DNA of 64,000 bases, taken from a virus. The position numbers were made by a program, and so were the translations under genes. Positions 9,044-17,766 of this stretch are shown here, in pieces. Location: IMG/VR virus record IMGVR_UViG_3300012944_000005; one strand, given 5' to 3'. The stretch's first letter is position 1, and each line of letters begins with the position of its first letter. Below the pieces are notes generated by a model that saw nothing but the letters and a program-made list of their open reading frames with translations, was not told where the DNA came from and made no database searches.

Positions 9044-10510
9044 CTACTGCCCGCTGTTGAACTTCTGCAACGCCAGATCTGCCAGGTTCACCTTTTTCTG
9101 CTGCTCCGCGTCGAGGCGTTGCTGCTCGACCTTAGGATCGAAGTTTGCGGGGTTCTTACCGGCCGCAGATAGGACATCCCACATTGTTTGCTTTGAGTAT
9201 TGCCCTGCGGCTTCGGCGTTCGACCAGAAGGTCATTTCCTGCGGCGTCATCGTCAGGTCGTCGAGGCTCGCGCCCAGTTCGACATTGCCACCCGTTGTGG
9301 CAGCCGGCATGAGATATTGAGCGTGGAATTTGAGCTCGAGTTCGACGGCATCTTTCAGGCTGCGCGCGGCCGTGGCGAGGTCGCTTGATTCTTCGATCTG
9401 GTCGTTCTTCTCCTCAGTCGCGGTGATCGGCCCGCCCGTGCGCTTCACGAGCAACGACAGGCCCATGATTGACATCCGCTCTTCGAGGGTTTTGATGTCG
9501 GCAGCCGCGCCGCCCAATGCCGCCCCTGTCGTCTCGGCGAATGCGACCTGACCGTTCTCGCCCACATCAAACCAGGTGTAAGGACCCACCGCTTCAATCT
9601 TTTTGCTTGTATCTCGACCGCGAAACCATAAGAGCGGCCGGCTTGCGATGTGGAGATAGATCGAAAAGTCGGAATACTTTTGATAGTGGCTGATGTTTGT
9701 CATCGCCAGGTCTAGTAATGGCGGCTGCGATTTGAGAATCCCATGCTTGCGGCTGTAGATAATTGCGACCGGAATCTCTTTGAGGGATGTTTCGCCACCA
9801 TCCTCAAAGAAGATCTTCGTCTCCTTACCGTCTTTTATCTCGCGATACAGTTCCCAACTGCCAGGCTTCAGCACTCGATAGCGCACAACTTCTTTCTCGC
9901 CGTATTCGCCATCCGACTCTTGCGAACATTCCCTAAAGACGATCAGGTCGAGCTTGGTTTGCCCGTTAACGACTACCGTCCGCCAGTTGATAATTTGATC
10001 TGCGCAATATGACACCCAATATGGACGGCGTCCCGCATTACGCTCGTCGGCAAGCGTCGCGTCTTCAGGCATCAATGGCGGCATATCCACGAGCATCGCG
10101 GCATGGCCATCGCGCATTGCGTGGGTGAAAACTTCCTTGCAGAACACAGCGCCGTGCGTGCCCGCGTTATCTATATTCTCCCACTGCCCCTCGACAGCCG
10201 TTTGAGTGTCCGTCGCTTCCCTGCCGCGAATTACTTCGGGAACGTTGTCGGCGAGTTTTGGATCGTTCCTGAAGACCATTCCAACTAGGCCGGCCAATGT
10301 CAGGTCAACGGCATTGAAGAAAATGGCGCGGCTGAGCCGGTATCTATAATGCTGATCCTCTTCACCTGGCTCACGCGGTAGATATATCGCCCCCTGTTTT
10401 CGCAATTTCAGCGTCCCAGCGGACGTATCTTCCATGATCTGCCATCCGGCCCTCATGTCCTCATAGGCGCGACAGCAATACGATGGTTGGTTTTTAGGTT
10501 CCTCGGCCAC
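9044..10510 (-). CDS. portal protein
   Basis: 488 aa, first gene of the head module. Size and synteny fit a portal. The codon at 10510 is GTG with no obvious RBS, so the start is uncertain. Confidence 0.65.
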   Translation of the reverse strand: MAEEPKNQPSYCCRAYEDMRAGWQIMEDTSAGTLKLRKQGAIYLPREPGEEDQHYRYRLSRAIFFNAVDLTLAGLVGMVFRNDPKLADNVPEVIRGREATDTQTAVEGQWENIDNAGTHGAVFCKEVFTHAMRDGHAAMLVDMPPLMPEDATLADERNAGRRPYWVSYCADQIINWRTVVVNGQTKLDLIVFRECSQESDGEYGEKEVVRYRVLKPGSWELYREIKDGKETKIFFEDGGETSLKEIPVAIIYSRKHGILKSQPPLLDLAMTNISHYQKYSDFSIYLHIASRPLLWFRGRDTSKKIEAVGPYTWFDVGENGQVAFAETTGAALGGAAADIKTLEERMSIMGLSLLVKRTGGPITATEEKNDQIEESSDLATAARSLKDAVELELKFHAQYLMPAATTGGNVELGASLDDLTMTPQEMTFWSNAEAAGQYSKQTMWDVLSAAGKNPANFDPKVEQQRLDAEQQKKVNLADLALQKFNSGQ

Positions 10511-10559
10511 GGAGGGAGATTAGGCTGGGAAGATTTTTTATTTTTGGCGAGGATTCTTC

Positions 10560-10588
10560 TTGACTAAAACCCGCCAGGGGGTTATCGT
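10560..10588 (+). promoter_or_regulatory. sigma70-like promoter candidate for the plus-strand accessory operon
   Basis: TTGACT (10560-10565), a 17-nt spacer, then TATCGT (10583-10588). Located in the portal-divergent intergenic region, 50 nt upstream of the first plus-strand ORF. Confidence 0.3.
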
Positions 10589-10638
10589 GTCCTCAGTGGC
10601 GGCAATCACGTCGCGCAAACAAACGGAGAAAAAGAAAA

Positions 10639-10890
10639 ATGATTGGTTACGATTTTGATTACGCCTATCCAGTACAAATGGAAATAATCCACGGGCGCCA
10701 CTCCTATATTTCCGGATGGTCCTCTAGGGAGGATGCGCTTAGGGGTGCGCGGAAGAGAATCGAAAATAAGCACGCAGGCACGATTTTATCGGGGGCGGAA
10801 TGCACAGTTTTTTTGCATACCGCTTACGCCTCTTATTGCGTCTGGAGACGACCAGGTCACACAGACCGAGACATAGAGGCAAGTGGGTGA
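10639..10890 (+). CDS. hypothetical protein (83 aa)
   Basis: First ORF of the plus-strand block. GGAGAAAAAG lies upstream of the ATG. Confidence 0.4.
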   Translation: MIGYDFDYAYPVQMEIIHGRHSYISGWSSREDALRGARKRIENKHAGTILSGAECTVFLHTAYASYCVWRRPGHTDRDIEASG

Positions 10891-10980
10891 AGTTCTGCGC
10901 AGAGCCTCACTCCCCGCAAACAACAATCCACCGGGGCGACGGCGCCCCACTCAACAACGCAAAGATGACAAGGAGGATCA

Positions 10981-11175
10981 ATGGCTATTTGGATGAGAGA
11001 CGAGAAAGGGGAATTCTGTACAGCCTACACGGTTGAATACCGGGGGGAGGTTTTTATCGTAACCGAGCGGGAATACGACGCTCTGGCCGAGTCGGGACCG
11101 AACGTTGCGGACGGCTCTATCGGCGGCGATGACGCTATAGGTGATTTTTTGCGAGGCTTGGGCGCTCTCGATTGA
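10981..11175 (+). CDS. hypothetical protein (64 aa)
   Basis: ORF with AAGGAGG upstream. Its stop overlaps the next start. Confidence 0.45.
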   Translation: MAIWMRDEKGEFCTAYTVEYRGEVFIVTEREYDALAESGPNVADGSIGGDDAIGDFLRGLGALD

Positions 11176-11438
11176 GCGCGATCCACGAGACATTCACTCG
11201 ATGGAAGCAAAAACAACTACAACAATCAATGGAGGAGAACAGGATGCCAGGACAATTGTGGCAAGAATGCCACTGCGGAACTGAGCCTGTGTGCTCAGAC
11301 TGCGAACACTGCAAAAAACATTGCTCGTGCGAGCAAGACAAATCGGACGCGAAACAGATTCAAGAGTTTGAGCGGGCATATCCTGGATTCTTGGAGCGCG
11401 TGCGAAAACACCACGAAGATGGCAGTAATGAACATTGA
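11172..11438 (+). CDS. Cys-rich small protein (88 aa)
   Basis: CHCG...CSDCEHCKKHCSC cysteine cluster. Coupled to its neighbours. Confidence 0.45.
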   Translation: MSAIHETFTRWKQKQLQQSMEENRMPGQLWQECHCGTEPVCSDCEHCKKHCSCEQDKSDAKQIQEFERAYPGFLERVRKHHEDGSNEH

Positions 11439-11646
11439 CCAAAAAATCCTAGCAACTCTGGGCTGGATAGCCGCCGTCAAACGCGGCGAGTCCGGCTATT
11501 TAATCTCGGCAGAGATTTTTGACGGCATTTCGACGCTCGCCGAAGAGTATAAACGGCTGGTGATTGAGAAAGCGCGTGGGTCCCAAAAGCCGAGCAAAGC
11601 GCCGGCTAGGCGCAGGCAAAAAGCCCGCAAACGCGCGGAGGATTGA
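11419..11646 (+). CDS. hypothetical protein with basic C-terminal tail
   Basis: MAVMNIDQKILATLGW... ending KAPARRRQKARKRAED. The stop is directly followed by the csf1-like ATG. Confidence 0.4.
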   Translation: MAVMNIDQKILATLGWIAAVKRGESGYLISAEIFDGISTLAEEYKRLVIEKARGSQKPSKAPARRRQKARKRAED

Positions 11647-12321
11647 ATGCCCCCTATCAGCCATTTTATTTATCCAGCCGCTCCGCGCGGCGCTGAATCC
11701 GGTATCTGCGCCGTCTGCGGCTTCGAGGGCGATGGCCAGTACGGCCGCGACATTCTGGACATCACGACCAGCAATGTTACGGCGCTGTTTGAATTGGCTT
11801 ACGGCCATATATGCGCGCCCTGCTATGGATTGTGGTCGAAGCCGAAATACTGGCATCGCGGGATCTTCGCCACTCGCGGCGGGGTGCGATTCCCAGTGAT
11901 CTCGCGCGAGAGCGTCACGCCTGAGCGTCCGACATGGTCGCAGGCGCTGCGCGCGCTCTCGCCCGATGAACCGCGCGCCATCGTCCTGACCACCGATCCA
12001 AAGAAACGCGTCTGGCCGTTTGCTCGTGTGTCATCCGGCGATACGGCGTGGATTTATATCCACGATCCATCGCGGGGCGTAAGCAGCAACCGCCCGGTCT
12101 CAATCAAGAAGTTGCTCGCCGCGCTCGACTTGGTTGAGCAGGTTTACGCGCTCGGCTGGTCCAAGCCCTGGATCGCCAGGAGCCTTATGGGCTCTCAAAA
12201 CGCCATCGTATCCACCGGCCTCGACGTCGCGCTCAATCTCGATCGGCGTCTAGCCCAAATCCGCAATGAGCCCGAGTTTCTGCCCGCGCTCATCGTTGCC
12301 CAAAAGGAGATTCCCGAATGA
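11647..12321 (+). CDS. csf1: Csf1-like (type IV Cas8-like) zinc-finger protein
   Basis: 224 aa with two CxxC pairs (ICAVCG and ICAPCYG) near the N-terminus, as in the Csf1 family. ATGA overlap with the next gene. Confidence 0.55.
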   Translation: MPPISHFIYPAAPRGAESGICAVCGFEGDGQYGRDILDITTSNVTALFELAYGHICAPCYGLWSKPKYWHRGIFATRGGVRFPVISRESVTPERPTWSQALRALSPDEPRAIVLTTDPKKRVWPFARVSSGDTAWIYIHDPSRGVSSNRPVSIKKLLAALDLVEQVYALGWSKPWIARSLMGSQNAIVSTGLDVALNLDRRLAQIRNEPEFLPALIVAQKEIPE

Positions 12322-13751
12322 TATTGAATTCGCACGTCCCCGCCCCATTCCGTTTCCTGATGACCGCCGCTAACTCCGTCGCGCACGGTGAGGCCGGCGC
12401 GAACTCGACCGGGCCAAACAACACAACTCTTTTCGCTCGCGAGCTGGCGCTCCTGAAGCGCGAGCAACTCGGATATGCGCCGGCGGAAGCGAAGGAGGCA
12501 TTCAAGTCCCTCTTCGAGTCTTTCCCAGTTGCAACCACGAATATTCCCTATCTCCATACCCGCTCCGGCGCTGAACTAATCGCCATTATCTTCACAGCTC
12601 AATATCCGCTGATCTACGGCGGCACGGGCGATGGACTATTTTCCGGCCTGGAGCGCTACCAATACCTGGTCACCCGGCTGACCGACGCGGCGGCGAGTTT
12701 CTCGACCCTGCCGTCTGTCTGGGGTTATGTGGCGCGCAAGCTGGCGCTGCCGATGTACCCGGAGAGCGCCTACAGCGTCATGGCCGCGCTCTACACGCTG
12801 CCGACTGCGCTTCAAGCTGCCGCGCTCTCGGCTGTGCTGAAATCCTCCGAGCTGATCGTTATGTCTGCGCGAATGATCGCCGATGGCGTCAAGGCGTCGA
12901 GCGAGGACTACGCCCGAAAGGCCAAAGTTTCGCCGACAACGCTCGAAGTTTACAGTCCGACCGACTCCCAGATAGCCGAGATTGTGGGCGATGGCGATAA
13001 GACAATAGCCATCCGCTTGCCTGCTATCTCCGGTAATTCCCTGCGCCACAACTTGCTGCGCGCGCCGGCGGCAACTCGATTGCTCTCCGAGCTTGGACTG
13101 CAACCGGATCGCGAGATCGTCCCGGTCGGCGTCGAGCGCTTTCTGTACAGCGGCGGCAATACCCAGAAGGGCGCCAAGTCTCCCGCCGCCGCCGATCTCT
13201 ATGAGGCCAGGGCGCGCGAACGGTATCCGACAATTGATGCGCTCGGCGGTTCGACCGATCAGTTTGTCATGACCCGCTCGGCTGTGAGTATCGCGGGCTG
13301 GATCGTTTGCCGCGAGAACAATTGGATTACAGAGCGACGGACGGACGGTAATATCCGCTCCGATGCGTCGATCTTCGATCTGGTGACGGAGACGACCAGA
13401 ACGCGCGCCGGCATTGGCGGCAAGGACGCTGAGAGCGGCCAGATGATTTTCTCCTATGAGACTCTCGCGGCGGGCACTCCTGTGCTCGTGGAAGTCAATT
13501 TCCAGCCCTTTACGCGCGACCTGACCGTCGGCTCGATGCTCCAATCCCTGCGCGACTGGCAGGCTGAGGGCGGCTTCATCGGCGCTCGGAGCGCGCAGGG
13601 GCATAGCCGATTCCTGGCTGAATTCCCGGACGATGATCGCTTTGCTTGGGCGGACGCCTATTTGCAATATTTGCAGGAGAACAAAATCGAGTTGGCCGAA
13701 GGGCTGCGAGCGGCGACGTTCGGAGCGGAGGTAAAACTATGCGCGGCGTAG
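12318..13751 (+). CDS. csf2: Csf2/Cas7-like RAMP protein with large helical insertion
   Basis: 477 aa. Has N-terminal FRFLMTAANSVAHGEAG, then LPAISGNSLRHNLLR (Cas7-type G/S-x-S-L-R motif), then glycine-rich GGFIGARSAQGHSRF near the C-terminus. AAAGGAG RBS. Confidence 0.55.
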   Translation: MILNSHVPAPFRFLMTAANSVAHGEAGANSTGPNNTTLFARELALLKREQLGYAPAEAKEAFKSLFESFPVATTNIPYLHTRSGAELIAIIFTAQYPLIYGGTGDGLFSGLERYQYLVTRLTDAAASFSTLPSVWGYVARKLALPMYPESAYSVMAALYTLPTALQAAALSAVLKSSELIVMSARMIADGVKASSEDYARKAKVSPTTLEVYSPTDSQIAEIVGDGDKTIAIRLPAISGNSLRHNLLRAPAATRLLSELGLQPDREIVPVGVERFLYSGGNTQKGAKSPAAADLYEARARERYPTIDALGGSTDQFVMTRSAVSIAGWIVCRENNWITERRTDGNIRSDASIFDLVTETTRTRAGIGGKDAESGQMIFSYETLAAGTPVLVEVNFQPFTRDLTVGSMLQSLRDWQAEGGFIGARSAQGHSRFLAEFPDDDRFAWADAYLQYLQENKIELAEGLRAATFGAEVKLCAA

Positions 13752-14476
13752 TTCACCTGTCCGACCTCGACCGCTACGGCGAGCGGCTCGCCGGATTGCA
13801 GATGCGCCCGCTGCGCGTCACGGCGCGCACGGTGACGCCCGTTGCCAGCAATGATCCGGTAGCGCTCGACGCCGTACTGGCGTGGACGATGGTTGTTGAG
13901 CAATTGGAAGGTCGGCCCTTTCCTCGCGTGGAAGGGCCGGTCTGGCAACCATTGCCGCTTGCGCTTGACCGCCTGATTGACGGCTTACCGCTCTGGCAGT
14001 CAACGGACTTTATGCCGGTCGGGCTGGCGAGGGGGATGAGCCATATCCACCGCCGCACGGGCGATAACCCCTACGCGATGCGCGGATTGCAAGAGACGCT
14101 CTCCCAGAAGCGCCCGCGCCGATACCCGAGTGAACTGGCCGGGCCATATATGAATTTCAGGGTTCCGGAGCGGCGGAACGTGGCGGAGAGTTGGTCGGCG
14201 ACCTGTGTCGGCAATAAGGCGGAGATCGAGCGGCTATTGAGCTACGTCCAGTTCTTCGGCAAAGCGCCGAAGCGTGGCTGCGGGTTCATATTCGATTGGG
14301 AAGTGGAATTGCTCGATGAGCTATTTTCGCTCTATAACGAATCCGGCGAGCCGCTGCGCCCGATCCCGGTCGAGTGGGACACGGGCGTCTGTGTCCAACA
14401 GGGATGGACGCCCCCGTACTGGCTGAAAGAGACATGGCGTCCCTGTCTCAGTTCAGCAGCGGCGAGGTTTGTATGA
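13739..14476 (+). CDS. csf3: Csf3/Cas5-like RAMP protein
   Basis: 245 aa from ATG 13739 (GGAGCGGAGG upstream). Has PVALDAVLAW and the C-terminal glycine-rich loop FFGKAPKRGCGFIFDWEV typical of RAMPs. Confidence 0.5.
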   Translation: MRGVVHLSDLDRYGERLAGLQMRPLRVTARTVTPVASNDPVALDAVLAWTMVVEQLEGRPFPRVEGPVWQPLPLALDRLIDGLPLWQSTDFMPVGLARGMSHIHRRTGDNPYAMRGLQETLSQKRPRRYPSELAGPYMNFRVPERRNVAESWSATCVGNKAEIERLLSYVQFFGKAPKRGCGFIFDWEVELLDELFSLYNESGEPLRPIPVEWDTGVCVQQGWTPPYWLKETWRPCLSSAAARFV

Positions 14477-14736
14477 TCGTAGGAGATTTATTCATCACGC
14501 CGCACGCCGTGCGGCAGTTTCGCGAGCGCATACCGGGAATGTGGCGGCTCAAATACGAGCAGGCGCTAGGGCTCATCCTTCGCGCGCTGCGAGAAAACAC
14601 GGCCAGCGTCAAGCCGACGCCAAACGGCTGTGGCGTCTCTATTCGCGTGCGGGGGGAGTTGAACTTTCGCGCGATTGCAGCGCGGGGCGAGGGCGTCAAG
14701 CCAGCGGTCGTAACGATTCTGCGGAGCGGAAAATGA
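14473..14736 (+). CDS. small operon protein (87 aa), unknown fold
   Basis: ATGA overlaps at both ends. Contains the motif ITPHAVRQFRER. No confident family. Confidence 0.45.
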   Translation: MIVGDLFITPHAVRQFRERIPGMWRLKYEQALGLILRALRENTASVKPTPNGCGVSIRVRGELNFRAIAARGEGVKPAVVTILRSGK

Positions 14737-15530
14737 AGGATTGGGCAGATTACGGCATCACCGGGAAAGTTCATTATGGCCAGCCGGTCAACGCCGAGCC
14801 GTACCGCCGCGTGATTCAGCGCCGAATGGCAAAGTCTCACGTTGCAATCGAGGAATTCCTTCACCTGGTCGGCAAGTCGGGCTACGTGGCCGTGAGTTTT
14901 GGCGTTGATTCCCTTGTGGCCTACGACCTGGCGCGGCGGATCTATCCGGAGATCTGTGCCGCGTGGGTCAACCAGGGGCCGCTCGCCGAGTGGCCTGACT
15001 GTCTCGCGCTGAAGAATCTGATGGTTGCCGGCGGAATACCTCTCACAGAGATCGCGCCCGACGTGACGCTCTACGACTGGTACAAGCAAAACGGGATCGA
15101 TTTCGGCGCTAACATGAACAACGCTGAGGATGAGCGACTAAATAAGGCGCTGATCTACGACCCTATCGAGCGATTCCACCAGGAAGAGAATCGCAAAGGC
15201 GTTATTTGGGGACTGCGCTGGCGAGGCGAGGGCGGGCATCGGGCTTTTGTGATCAAGGGCAATGGTGAGCTTTATCAGCGCAAGGCTGATGGTATCTGGG
15301 TCTGCTCGCCGGTCGGCAACTGGTCGAAGAGCGAGATATGGGCCTACCTGGATTTGCACGGTCTGCCCTACCCGGCTTTCTACGATCTAGACCGCGAGAA
15401 GATCCGCAACGGCCCACCTATTGGGGTCACGGGGCTGCATATGGGGCGTCTGGTGCGGTTTCGGATGCTGTTCCCGGAGATGTGGCGGGTGTTCTGTATG
15501 GAATTTGAGGAGATTCAACGATATGGCTGA
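14733..15530 (+). CDS. CysH-like PAPS reductase / PP-loop superfamily protein
   Basis: 265 aa from ATG 14733. PP-loop-like VAVSFGVDSLVAYDL, resembling the SFG-x-D/E-S motif of the PAPS reductase family. Confidence 0.6.
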   Translation: MKDWADYGITGKVHYGQPVNAEPYRRVIQRRMAKSHVAIEEFLHLVGKSGYVAVSFGVDSLVAYDLARRIYPEICAAWVNQGPLAEWPDCLALKNLMVAGGIPLTEIAPDVTLYDWYKQNGIDFGANMNNAEDERLNKALIYDPIERFHQEENRKGVIWGLRWRGEGGHRAFVIKGNGELYQRKADGIWVCSPVGNWSKSEIWAYLDLHGLPYPAFYDLDREKIRNGPPIGVTGLHMGRLVRFRMLFPEMWRVFCMEFEEIQRYG

Positions 15531-15768
15531 ACCTGTAAAACTGGACGATATCCTCATCTCCCTGGAGATATATGAGACATGGAACAAGCTGGCCTCGCAG
15601 GTCTCCACCTGTTTACCTGCCGGCGTCTCGCCGCAGGATATTGGCGACGAGGAAGCGGAAAAGAACGCTGATGGAAGTCTGACGATATTCTGTCGCGCGA
15701 AGGGCAAGCGGATCGCCCAATTGCGCATACCAGCCACTCACTGGCAATGGAGGTTTCCGGCAAATTGA
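15523..15768 (+). CDS. hypothetical operon protein (81 aa)
   Basis: MAEPVKLDDILISLEIYETW... Overlaps the upstream stop by 8 nt and the next start by 1 nt. Confidence 0.4.
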   Translation: MAEPVKLDDILISLEIYETWNKLASQVSTCLPAGVSPQDIGDEEAEKNADGSLTIFCRAKGKRIAQLRIPATHWQWRFPAN

Positions 15769-16664
15769 TGATGATCTATCTCGGACTCGATAATCAGGAG
15801 AAAGACAGGCGGATCGCTGATTACTGCGCGGCGCACGGTGTTGAGAAAGTCGTCATCCTATCGCCGGCGAAGTTTACGCTCTCCTGCTCGTTTGCCAACT
15901 CGGAAGTAGTCGAATGGGCTGAGATCATTGAATACAAATTCTTTTATAGGCTGATTCAGGAGATCAACAGCAAGACGCTGGTCGTAGTTAATGAATGCCT
16001 GCGGACGCAAAACCGCTACGATCTGACTTATAACTGCATTCGCCACTTCCTGAATCAGACCAGCCACCAGTTAATCTTCCAGCACTTGCCGATAATCGAT
16101 TCGATCGAGGACTTCATGATTCTCTTCGACTTTGACACGCGCAGCCGTTGGAAGCGCGAGAAGTTTAACGCAAAACCGCTGGGCGAGAGCCGGATCGAGG
16201 TCGCGCCCGTCGCGGTCGTCTTCAATACGATTCCGGTCGAGATCGACGCCAAACTGAAGGACGCCTATCGGAAGGAGAAAGAGCGACTACTCGCCCACAT
16301 CGGTCTGAAAGATCCGCACACGATCCCGCGTAATCTCTATCTGATGAGTGGCAAAGCAAAGCTGAAACACGTCGAGTCCGGAGGCGCCGGACTCTTCGCC
16401 GAGCGCCGTCATTATGTCGGCCGCAACAATCGCTTCAAGATCGAAACTCTTCAGACCTACAAGGAGCCGAGCTATCCAGATGCGCCTTATATGGTCTTCG
16501 AGTTTTGTCACAACTTCATCGACTTCGTGGACTTCATGGCGCTGTCGCGCCAGTCGTCCTTCGACGTCATGGTCGCCGACCTGAAGGTCGATCAATGGTA
16601 TCTGGCCCGATACCGCGAATGGGCTGAGAGGCTAAGGAATGCCACGGCAAGTTTACAGCGATAA
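15768..16664 (+). CDS. hypothetical operon protein (298 aa)
   Basis: Long ORF with ordinary globular composition. TGATG junction upstream (alternative ATG at 15747) and a 26-nt overlap downstream. No motif recognised. Confidence 0.5.
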   Translation: MMIYLGLDNQEKDRRIADYCAAHGVEKVVILSPAKFTLSCSFANSEVVEWAEIIEYKFFYRLIQEINSKTLVVVNECLRTQNRYDLTYNCIRHFLNQTSHQLIFQHLPIIDSIEDFMILFDFDTRSRWKREKFNAKPLGESRIEVAPVAVVFNTIPVEIDAKLKDAYRKEKERLLAHIGLKDPHTIPRNLYLMSGKAKLKHVESGGAGLFAERRHYVGRNNRFKIETLQTYKEPSYPDAPYMVFEFCHNFIDFVDFMALSRQSSFDVMVADLKVDQWYLARYREWAERLRNATASLQR

Positions 16665-17766
16665 AAAGAACGTCCTCGACGCTGCGCGCGGGCGCATGGT
16701 GTTTGTCTTTGATCATTTTGAGCAGATTATCGTTTCGGTGAGCGGCGGCAAGGATTCGACCGTCCTGGCGCACCTAGCGCTTGCCGAGGCGCGCCGGCGC
16801 CAGCGCAAGATCGGGCTGTTTTTTCTGGATGAGGAGGCGATGTATCAGAGTAGCGTGGATATGGTGGAATACCTGATGGGGATTTTCCCGGAAAACGTGA
16901 ATCGCCTCTGGCTACAAATTCCTTTCAACCTGACCAGCGCGACATCATTTCAGGAAAGTCAGATGCGATGCTGGGAACCGGGCAAGCATAAAGACTGGAT
17001 GCGCCAGAAGGGGCGCAACAATATCTGCGCGAAGCCTTGGCAGGAAAAGGAGGAGTCGTTCAGGAGCGGCTATAAATGGCTGGATTTCTACGGCGTGATT
17101 GAGAATTTCGAGCGATGTTATAAGGGCGCCGCTTTTCTGGTCGGCGAGCGCGCCACGGAAAGCCCGAACCGATGGCGCAGCGTGGCAAAGAATCCGGTAA
17201 TCATCGGGGGGACGAAGGTTTTCTGGGGGACACCTCGCGGCGACAATTTTATCTTTAAGCCGATCTACGACTGGAACTTCCATGATGTATGGCACTACAT
17301 TCATGACGAGAAACTGAGGTACTCGAAGATTTACGATTTTCAGTTAAAAAAAGGCTATCCGATCAATGAGATGCGGATAAGCTCCCTTATCCACGAACGA
17401 TCATTCAAAAGTTTGTGCGACCTACCTGAGTTCGAGCCGAAGACTTTTGAAAAACTCTGTCGGCGCATCAAGGGAATCGCATTTGTTCAGGAGACGGGAA
17501 AAAACGCGAAAGTCTTCAAGGCGCGGAAGCTGCCGAAGAACTTCAAATCGTGGATCACCTACCGCGATTTTTTGCTCGAAACATATCCCGACCCGGCGAA
17601 CAAGCCCATCTTCAAGAAGAGATTCGGCAAGCATCTGATCAATGAATACGTGGCGCGCCAGCATTGTCGTCAGCTTGTTTGCAATGATTACGAAAACAAC
17701 CTGCCGGTCGATAACCGCCCTGATCCGCGCGAGGAATTGATTCGCTATTATCAGGAGGTTTTATGA
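16639..17766 (+). CDS. IbrA/DndC-like PAPS-reductase-domain protein with C-terminal extension
   Basis: 375 aa. Canonical PP-loop SVSGGKDSTVLAHL plus a C-terminal extension of roughly 170 aa, as in IbrA-type (PAPS_reduct plus DUF3440) proteins. Confidence 0.6.
   Translation: MPRQVYSDKKNVLDAARGRMVFVFDHFEQIIVSVSGGKDSTVLAHLALAEARRRQRKIGLFFLDEEAMYQSSVDMVEYLMGIFPENVNRLWLQIPFNLTSATSFQESQMRCWEPGKHKDWMRQKGRNNICAKPWQEKEESFRSGYKWLDFYGVIENFERCYKGAAFLVGERATESPNRWRSVAKNPVIIGGTKVFWGTPRGDNFIFKPIYDWNFHDVWHYIHDEKLRYSKIYDFQLKKGYPINEMRISSLIHERSFKSLCDLPEFEPKTFEKLCRRIKGIAFVQETGKNAKVFKARKLPKNFKSWITYRDFLLETYPDPANKPIFKKRFGKHLINEYVARQHCRQLVCNDYENNLPVDNRPDPREELIRYYQEVL

Noticed and set aside
12636-13667. 343-aa minus-strand ORF antisense to the Cas7-like gene. 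Similar long antisense or alternate-frame ORFs occur elsewhere (for example 14448..15089, 48430..49182 and 7082..7630).
   Set aside because: Arg/Ala/Gly-rich, low-information translations lying fully inside better-supported genes. This is typical of open alternate frames in GC-rich coding DNA, and none has RBS or coupling evidence.
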